A stretch of DNA of 64,000 nt. Source: Ostreococcus lucimarinus (lineage: Eukaryota). The stretch lies in NCBI GenBank assembly GCA_000092065.1, contig CP000587.1. One strand, 5' to 3'. Made by a program: the position numbers and the translations under genes. Positions 57,840 through 64,000 of this stretch are shown piece after piece; position 1 is the first letter of the stretch; each line of letters begins with the position of its first letter. The notes under the pieces were generated by a model, which was not told the origin of the DNA, ran no database searches, and was given only the letters and a program-made list of their open reading frames with translations.

Positions 57840-60800
57840 CTAATTCGTCATCTCCTCGCCTTCTCCTCGTAATTCTCGCCTGTGAACGATTTCTTCGGAG
57901 AATGCGCACGTTGCATCCAACAATGTCGCCGCGGCGTAGGCGATTCGCACGACTGGGAAGTCCTCTTGCGGGTTCAAGTACTCTCGGAATTGGTCTCGTT
58001 GAAGGGAGCCCTTCCAGATGGAAATGTCTCCGACGTCCTCGGGGGCGTTTTCGTCGTTATTCCAGCTATCATCGACTTCCTCGTCTTCGTCCTCGTCCTC
58101 GTCGTCGTCTTCCTCGCTATCGAGTTGTTGACGACGACGTTCTTCCACGGCTTCAGCGATGATTTCCTTCGGCAACAAAGCTGCGAGTTTTCGACGAGCG
58201 AGCTTCCACGAACTCATATCCTTACCCGTGTGCTTCAAAACGAGCGCCTCGAGCGTGGCCTTCGAGAGTTCATCCGGCGCTTCCGGTTGCTTTTCACGCT
58301 CAATCTTTTCACGCTCAGCCGCAAGCTTGAACTCTTTGATTTGGCATTCAAAGTATTTCTCCTCGAGGTGAAGAAGACTTTCGGCAACGTACGAGTTATG
58401 GGCATTCTTCAACTTGTTGCGGAACGTTCTCCAGTCAACGTCGGTTTCCAGACCAATTCGCTCAGCGTTGATGCACATAGTGTCCATGCACTTTCTCGCA
58501 GCGGTGATGACTGCACCTTCGTCGCAAGCGAGATCAGCAGCGGGACGCGTGGCGACGTACGCGTCGTTGGACGGAGCCGTGCGAGATCTCGCAGAACGAC
58601 GTTCACCACCCTCAAGCTGCGCCGCAAATCGCGCATCACGTTCTTCTTGAGTTTCTGCCAATAGTTTGAACGCGTCAGCGATGGTAACCTTGCGCTTCTC
58701 GAGCTGCTTTTTCAAACCGAGTTCGCGAACACCTTTTTCGCACAGCGCATCCACCAAAGCGTCGACGGCTTCCTGCGAGTTGTACACGCCCCATTCGCCC
58801 GAGAACGACTGCACGTACACGGCATCTTTACGTCCGCCAAAATTCCACCAGTAAGTCGCGAGATGTCGATCCATACCGAGAGGTCTCGCTCGAACCTGGC
58901 ACGCCGCGTCTTCCGCCGCGCGCTTAATCTCGCGATCCCGACTGCGCTTCTCCTCCAGCTCGAGCTTCCGTCGGGCCTCTTCTTCGACAGCTTCTTTCTT
59001 GCGCTTGATCTCCGACTCAGTCGCTTTTTGCATGCGGACTTCCTTCGAACGATCGCTCTCGTATTCTTCGCGTTCGCGATCGAGTTCTGCTTGAACCTTG
59101 GCGACTTCGTTCTTCCAAGCCATGAGCGTGTGTCTGTCATCCGGATGGCCCTTGTACTCGCGAAGGCGTTCCGGCAGCTCAAACATAGGCTCAGACGCAT
59201 CCTCCATCGTGACATCTTCCTTGACTTCGTCGTCCTTGGTTTCTTTTGCGTCTTCTTCGATCTTGACATCGCCCTCTGGGTTTGCGCCCACCTTGGCCGC
59301 CTCAGCCGCCGCTTTCGCGGCGCGTTTCTCCTCGGCGATTCGTTCACGCTCTCGTTTTCGCTCTTCTTTCTCAGCCTTTTCAACGATACGTCGGTTTGCG
59401 ACAGCTTTAAGTCTGGCCTCGTGGCGTTCGCTTCGGAAAATGTCCGCTTGCTGCATGCGTGACGAGATGATGTCGCGGCACACGTCGCCTTGAAGTGCCA
59501 AATCGGCCAAAGCTCGAAGTAAAACGAGATGATCGGCGTTTGAAAGTTTGTCCCACGTACTCTTTGCAAGTTTGGTGGCGACCTCGACCGCTTTTTTTCC
59601 GTGTGCTTCTTCACCCCCGTGCAAGATGAGTTTGCGGGCCACCTCCGGCCAGTTGAGATTGTTCACGATGCGGTTCAAACGCGCCACGAAACGCCCAGGA
59701 CCACTCGCCGCGGGAGTCAATGCTTCGTAAATGATGCTCAAGTATAGCTCGGCGAGCGTCGATCGAGACTTGGGGGTATTCTCAAACATCGCGTTCACGC
59801 CTTCGACATTGGTCAATCCTTGCGGCGCTTGAATTCCAGCGCCAAAAACGCTGATAAACTCGGCGACGAAAGCTTCTTCCGCGAGGACTTGCCCGTTTGC
59901 CAACGGAACCGGAGCTGGAATTGGTTTGAGCAAGGTTTCTAGAGGTACACCCGTCTCCTTTGACTCCTCCGCGAGCTCGACGGCTAAAATGTCGTCGTCT
60001 AAAGGATAGCGCGCAGCCTTTTCCTTGGCCGCCTTTTCCTCCGCCTTGGCCTTGTCTCGTTCGGCTTTTTCAGTTTCGCGCTGTTTCGCTCGCTCAGCCT
60101 TTTCTTCTTCTTTCAAGCGGTTCTTCTCCTCAATCAGACGAGCGCGTTCGGCGTCGCGTTCTCCCTTGGCCATGAGCCTGAGTTTTTCCCGTTCAATCTG
60201 ATTTTCAATCGCGGCCAACTTTTGCCCGAAGAGCTGCGTCATTTTCTCGTCGAGGGCGGTGATTTTCTCATTCACAGCCTTGATCGCGTCTTCACCTTCG
60301 ACTGAGGCCTTTTCTTTCATCAATTGAATTCGATCTCGAGTGATTTCGTGGACGATTTCTGCGCGCTCGACGGTGCCTTCCGCCAACCTGAGCTGTTGCT
60401 GAGCCTTGCTGACGGCGCTCGTGAGCTGTTCGCGCTTTTTGTTCAACTTCGTCGACGCTTCGCGAATTTCCTTCTTGCGTTGCGACACGTACACGTCCTG
60501 CGCTCTCTTCACACGAGCGCGCTCGGTTTCCACAGATTTCCTCCACGCGATTAAAAACTTGCGATCATCCGGTCCCGTGTACACGCGGTACTCCTTATCC
60601 AGGACGTCGCTCGGCGCCTCTGGCTCGCACAAGATGTCTTCGGCACTTTTCGACTGCACGACGCTATCCGTCGAAGGATTGGCTTCGAACTCTTCCAACG
60701 CCTTGCTAGCCCTTTCAAGCGCGTTCTTCGCCTTCTCCACCTGCTGCTTGGCCTTTTTCAAGTCGCCCGCGTTCTGCTTGAGCTTTTCCGTCCACGCCAA

Positions 60801-61481
60801 AAGCATGGCCTTTTCGTCGCCGTCCATCGACTCTAAAATCGCGGAGAACCCTCCTCGCACGCGCGGTGCTTTCGCCTTTCTCTCTCTCGGTTCCTTCTCG
60901 CTCTCCGCCTTGCGCTTGGTTCCCGCGGGCAGTCCGACGTGCGCGCGCAACGCCCACTTGTTTTTCGTCCCCGGCATCCGCACGAAGCACTGATCGTGCG
61001 ACAACCCACTGGCCAACACCGTCTTATTCTTCCCCACGTTCACTCCAGCCTTGGTGCCCATCTCGTAAAGTTCGTTCGCGTCCATCAATTTCGGCCACGC
61101 CGCCTCGAGCATTTTAAACACCTCCGCCTTCAGCGTCCCCGCCTTGAACCGCGCTCGATCGGCATCGATGGAAAACGCGCTCGCCTCTACCGCGGGCAAA
61201 CCTTCAACGTCCGCCCCCTCGATCCCACCGACCTGCGCGCCGCGCTCCGTCGATCGCGACGCCCGTCTTCGTCCGCGCGAGACTTCAAAGTCGTCGTCGT
61301 CGTCGTCGTCGTCCCCGTCGCCGTCCTCTCCATCTTCCTCCTCCTCCTCCTCGTCCGAGTCTTCGACGTTCGCGTCGTCATCATCTTTCGCGCCGTCGTC
61401 GCCCGCTCGCGCCCGCGCCGCGTCCCCCCCTCGCGCGTCGTCGTCGTCGTCGTCGCGTCGCGCATCTCTCGCGAGCGTCAT
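57840..61481 (-). CDS. DDT/WHIM(WSD)-domain chromatin protein (ISWI-partner-like) with acidic N-terminus and long charged coiled-coil regions
   Basis: Track ORF 57840..61676; a plausible ATG is at about 61481 (MTLARDARRDDDDDDARGG...). It has D/E tracts and a WHIM/WSD-type motif LGMDRHLATYWWNFGGRKDAVYVQSFSGEWGVYNSQEAVDALVDAL (cf. LGxDRxxxRYWxF). Extensive E/K/R-rich helices. C-terminus ...FREYLNPQEDFPVVRIAYAAATLLDATCAFSEEIVHRRELRGEGEEMTN*. The start is uncertain. Confidence 0.55.
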   Translation of the reverse strand: MTLARDARRDDDDDDARGGDAARARAGDDGAKDDDDANVEDSDEEEEEEDGEDGDGDDDDDDDDFEVSRGRRRASRSTERGAQVGGIEGADVEGLPAVEASAFSIDADRARFKAGTLKAEVFKMLEAAWPKLMDANELYEMGTKAGVNVGKNKTVLASGLSHDQCFVRMPGTKNKWALRAHVGLPAGTKRKAESEKEPRERKAKAPRVRGGFSAILESMDGDEKAMLLAWTEKLKQNAGDLKKAKQQVEKAKNALERASKALEEFEANPSTDSVVQSKSAEDILCEPEAPSDVLDKEYRVYTGPDDRKFLIAWRKSVETERARVKRAQDVYVSQRKKEIREASTKLNKKREQLTSAVSKAQQQLRLAEGTVERAEIVHEITRDRIQLMKEKASVEGEDAIKAVNEKITALDEKMTQLFGQKLAAIENQIEREKLRLMAKGERDAERARLIEEKNRLKEEEKAERAKQRETEKAERDKAKAEEKAAKEKAARYPLDDDILAVELAEESKETGVPLETLLKPIPAPVPLANGQVLAEEAFVAEFISVFGAGIQAPQGLTNVEGVNAMFENTPKSRSTLAELYLSIIYEALTPAASGPGRFVARLNRIVNNLNWPEVARKLILHGGEEAHGKKAVEVATKLAKSTWDKLSNADHLVLLRALADLALQGDVCRDIISSRMQQADIFRSERHEARLKAVANRRIVEKAEKEERKRERERIAEEKRAAKAAAEAAKVGANPEGDVKIEEDAKETKDDEVKEDVTMEDASEPMFELPERLREYKGHPDDRHTLMAWKNEVAKVQAELDREREEYESDRSKEVRMQKATESEIKRKKEAVEEEARRKLELEEKRSRDREIKRAAEDAACQVRARPLGMDRHLATYWWNFGGRKDAVYVQSFSGEWGVYNSQEAVDALVDALCEKGVRELGLKKQLEKRKVTIADAFKLLAETQEERDARFAAQLEGGERRSARSRTAPSNDAYVATRPAADLACDEGAVITAARKCMDTMCINAERIGLETDVDWRTFRNKLKNAHNSYVAESLLHLEEKYFECQIKEFKLAAEREKIEREKQPEAPDELSKATLEALVLKHTGKDMSSWKLARRKLAALLPKEIIAEAVEERRRQQLDSEEDDDEDEDEDEEVDDSWNNDENAPEDVGDISIWKGSLQRDQFREYLNPQEDFPVVRIAYAAATLLDATCAFSEEIVHRRELRGEGEEMTN

Positions 61482-61751
61482 CGCGCGTCCCTCGCGATCG
61501 CGCGCGTCGTTCCCGCGATCGCGCGCGTCGCTCGCTCGCGTTCCGCCGCGCGCGGACGATCGAGACCGACGCGCGCGCTCGCGCGTGTCGCGCCTCGGCG
61601 CGGCGTCGTGTGTCGCCGCGCGCGTCGCGCGTCGCCGCGCGCGGTCGTCGCGGTCGTGTTTCCAAATTCTACACACGGACCATTCGCGAGGGTTTAGGGT
61701 TTAGACGCGCGCGCGCCGATCGCGATCGACGTCACGCCACGACTCGACGCG

Positions 61752-62435
61752 ATGCGCGCGGCGACGACGACCCTCGCGCCCGCGCGCGCGACGACGCGCA
61801 GGACGCGAACGACGCGGACCGATGCGCGACGCGCGGTGACGCGCGCGGCGACGAAAGCGACGACGGACGTGACGACGACGACGCGGCGGGAACTCGCGGC
61901 GAAGACGCTCGCGGCGATGGCGCTCACGGCGACGCCGACGATCGGCGCGTTCGCGGGACCGGCGCACGCGCTGAGCGGGATGAACGCGGTGAAGGACACG
62001 CGCGAGGGGTACGAGTTCCTGTACCCGGTGGGATGGCAAGAGATTCAGGTGGACGGGCAGGCGGCGGTGTACAAGGATATCATCGAACCCCTGGAGAGCG
62101 TGGCGTTGAACGTGTACCCGACGCAACGGGAGAGCGTGAAGGACATCGGAACGGCGGATGAGGTGGCGAAGACGCTGGTCGGGAAGGCGCTCACCGCGCC
62201 GGGGGCGCAGGCGAAGGTGCTGGCGACGAGCGAACGCACGGATAAGGACGGACACCTGTATTACCAGTTTGAGTTTGTCACGAAGACGCAGAGCTACGAG
62301 AGACACGCGCTGACGGTGGTGACGGTGACGCAAGGAAAGTTCTACACGCTCACCACGGGCTCGAGCGAGAAGCGCTGGAAGAAGATGAAGGAACGCCTTC
62401 TCGCGACGGTTGGCTCGTTCAGCGTCTACTATTAA
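61752..62435 (+). CDS. PPD: PsbP-domain thylakoid-lumen protein (PsbP-like/PPD) with bipartite transit peptide (Tat RR motif)
   Basis: ATG at 61752. S/T/R-rich stromal-targeting part, then TRRELAAKTLAAMALTATPTIGAFAGPAHA (twin-Arg + hydrophobic + AxA). PsbP fold motifs: EGYEFLYPVGWQEIQVDGQAAVYKDIIEPLESVALNVYPT ... DGHLYYQFEFV ... RHALTVVTVTQGKFYTLTTGSSEKRWKKMKERL...SFSV. Confidence 0.8.
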   Translation: MRAATTTLAPARATTRRTRTTRTDARRAVTRAATKATTDVTTTTRRELAAKTLAAMALTATPTIGAFAGPAHALSGMNAVKDTREGYEFLYPVGWQEIQVDGQAAVYKDIIEPLESVALNVYPTQRESVKDIGTADEVAKTLVGKALTAPGAQAKVLATSERTDKDGHLYYQFEFVTKTQSYERHALTVVTVTQGKFYTLTTGSSEKRWKKMKERLLATVGSFSVYY

Positions 62436-62544
62436 ACGCGTAGGCGTCGCCGCGAACGAGCGCTTCTATCGCGAGCCGCAGCTTCCTTTGAAATTATTGA
62501 TATGAAATAATACAAACACAAACAAAATCAACCATCGCGAACCA

Positions 62545-64000
62545 TCATACACTGCGCGGTTTCGGCGCGCGCTTACCACCGCCGCGTCGCGGAGCGCATT
62601 CGGGCGCGGCGCGAACGACTTCGCCCCCCTTCGTCGCGATGTCGTTGATCTTCACCCCGAGATTCCTCTCGAAACGCTCGAGCACGAACGCCTCTTGCGG
62701 CTCCGCGATGGTAACCACCACACCAGGGCTTCCCATGCGCCCAGTTCGCCCGGCGCGGTGCACGTAATGGGTCTCGTCCGTCGGCAGCTCGAGGTTAAAG
62801 ACGGCGTCGCAGTCGTCCACGTCCAATCCGCGCGCGGCGAGGTCGGAGACCACGAGCGCGCGAAACTCGCCGCGACGGAACTTGGCGAGTTCTTTTTGTC
62901 GTTCCATTTTATCCATTCCCCCGTGCAAGACACCCACTGGCATGCGCCGCGCGCTGAGTTTAGCCTGGACCTCTTCCAAGCGTCGACCAAAGTTGCAAAA
63001 AATCAACGCACGTTGCACGTCGGTGGCGTGAATGGCGCGACGAAGTTCGTCCACTTTGTGTCGGCGCTCAGAAATCACAGAGCAGTGCGTGATGTGCGGA
63101 GGGAGGCTGACGACGCCCTGCATGCGCTCCTGCCGCGCCGCCGCCGACGCGCTCTTCTCGTCTCTCGCGTCGGCGACGTCCGCTTCCTCTACTTCCTCGT
63201 CCTCCCCGGGCGTCGTCAAAGCCGTCGGCGACGGCTTGTCGTACGTCGCGACGATGTGCGTCAGGTTTGGCGCGAGATACGAGTACGCATCGAGCGTTTC
63301 TTGCTTCAACGTCGCGCTCACGATGACCGTCTGTCGTCCGCCCGGCACCGCTTTGCCCGTGTGTTCGCTGATTCTCGCCATGTCTCTTCGAAAGTTACTC
63401 GCCAACAGATCGTCCGCCTCATCGACGACCAACGTTTTCACCCCGTGCGTTTGTAAAATGCCCGTGCGCGAGAGCTCGGCCAATCTTCCCGGCGTCCCGA
63501 CGACGATGAGCGGGCGCTTTCGTCGAATCGCCTCCTCCTGCCTCTTCGCGTTCGCCCCTCCGATCGCCTGCTGCGTGATCTCCCGCCCCAGATCTCCCAA
63601 CAACCGCTCAACCTGTCGCACGATCTGCATCGCCAACTCCTGCGACGGCGCGACGACGAGCGCTCGCACGCCGTTCCCCGCGTCTCTCCGCACCGTCCCC
63701 GTCTCGTCGTCCACGATGTCGCAAATCACCGGCAGCAGATACGCCAGCGTCTTCCCGCTCCCCGTGTGCGACTGCATCGCCACGTTCTCCCCCCGCGCGA
63801 TCGCCGGCATCGCCGCGCGCTGCGCGATCGACGGCGTCTCGACGCCCGCGCGCTCGAGCGCGCGCGTCAGCCGCGCGCCCACCCCCAGATCCCTAAACGT
63901 CGTCCGCGCCGCCGCCTCCGCGCCGTCCGTCGTCGCGCTCGCCCGTCCCGCGTCCCGCGCGAGTCCACGCGCGTTCGTTCGCGCCGCGCCGTCGCGCGTC
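62545..64000 (-). CDS. DEAD-box ATP-dependent RNA helicase (3' part; gene continues beyond window end)
   Basis: Track ORF 62545..63882 starts at GTG. The frame stays open upstream to position 64000 (…TTDGAEAAARTTFRDLGVGARLTRALERAGVETPSIAQRAAMPAI = Q-motif region). Motif I SHTGSGKTLAYLLP, Ia PSQELA, II DEADDLL, III SAT, V ARGLD, VI HRAGRTGRMG. Confidence 0.85.
   Translation of the reverse strand, partial: TRDGAARTNARGLARDAGRASATTDGAEAAARTTFRDLGVGARLTRALERAGVETPSIAQRAAMPAIARGENVAMQSHTGSGKTLAYLLPVICDIVDDETGTVRRDAGNGVRALVVAPSQELAMQIVRQVERLLGDLGREITQQAIGGANAKRQEEAIRRKRPLIVVGTPGRLAELSRTGILQTHGVKTLVVDEADDLLASNFRRDMARISEHTGKAVPGGRQTVIVSATLKQETLDAYSYLAPNLTHIVATYDKPSPTALTTPGEDEEVEEADVADARDEKSASAAARQERMQGVVSLPPHITHCSVISERRHKVDELRRAIHATDVQRALIFCNFGRRLEEVQAKLSARRMPVGVLHGGMDKMERQKELAKFRRGEFRALVVSDLAARGLDVDDCDAVFNLELPTDETHYVHRAGRTGRMGSPGVVVTIAEPQEAFVLERFERNLGVKINDIATKGGEVVRAAPECAPRRGGGKRAPKPRSV

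Noticed and set aside
1-64000. Prokaryotic interpretation (operons, defence island, CRISPR)
   Set aside because: Genes have spliceosomal introns, eukaryote-specific products (PP2A-A, RPB11, V-ATPase c, CFAP52, P2X, ATP5E, CHCH protein), TGTAA-type poly(A) signals in 3' spacers, and transit peptides. No direct-repeat/spacer array or ribosome-binding-site architecture was seen.
1-64000. tRNA/rRNA/snoRNA genes and transposon remnants
   Set aside because: I scanned for T-loop-like GGTTCGAATCC strings, long inverted terminal repeats and reverse-transcriptase/transposase-like ORFs, and found none. A dedicated tRNAscan/Infernal run is still needed because short ncRNAs cannot be excluded by eye.

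Overview
This is GC-rich (~65%), very gene-dense eukaryotic nuclear DNA, with about one gene per 1.9 kb and intergenic gaps often under 150 bp. The overall picture is a compact green-algal (prasinophyte/Mamiellophyceae, Micromonas-like) chromosome segment. Supporting observations: short spliceosomal introns with GT(G)CG..AG boundaries; TGTAA-type poly(A) signals in 3' regions; nuclear genes for plastid-targeted proteins (Cpn60, ClpA/D-type Clp ATPase, RNase E/G, fibrillin, PsbP-like, alpha-amylase); a P2X receptor; a flagellar WD40 protein (CFAP52). There are no prokaryotic operons, CRISPR arrays or rRNA/tRNA genes, and no obvious mobile element. The window holds about 35 protein-coding genes on both strands, many tail-to-tail or head-to-head with tiny spacers. 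The ORF track is partly misleading. It appears to accept GTG/TTG as starts, which produces long Arg/Ala-rich artefactual N-terminal extensions. It also cannot see introns: by alignment to conserved protein N-termini I infer short first introns in at least five genes (PP2A-A, RPB11, alpha-amylase, ATP synthase epsilon, Cpn60), plus one candidate gene missed by the track. Most notable items: (i) an isolated ORF resembling an HK97-family (S78/U35) phage prohead protease between ordinary host genes; (ii) a fused methylthioribose-1-phosphate isomerase/methylthioribose kinase (MtnA-MtnK) gene; (iii) a divergently arranged V-ATPase proteolipid gene and Rav1/DMXL-like (RAVE) V-ATPase assembly-factor gene, immediately followed by mitochondrial ATP synthase epsilon; (iv) an RNase E/G gene with an N-terminal CBM20 starch-binding domain whose ATG overlaps, on the opposite strand, the ATG of an N-myristoylated (MGCxxSK) protein gene; (v) a giant (~1,780 aa) membrane-anchored coiled-coil protein with 3 x 102-bp in-frame tandem repeats. 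All domain assignments are from motif recognition by eye and need HMM/BLAST confirmation.
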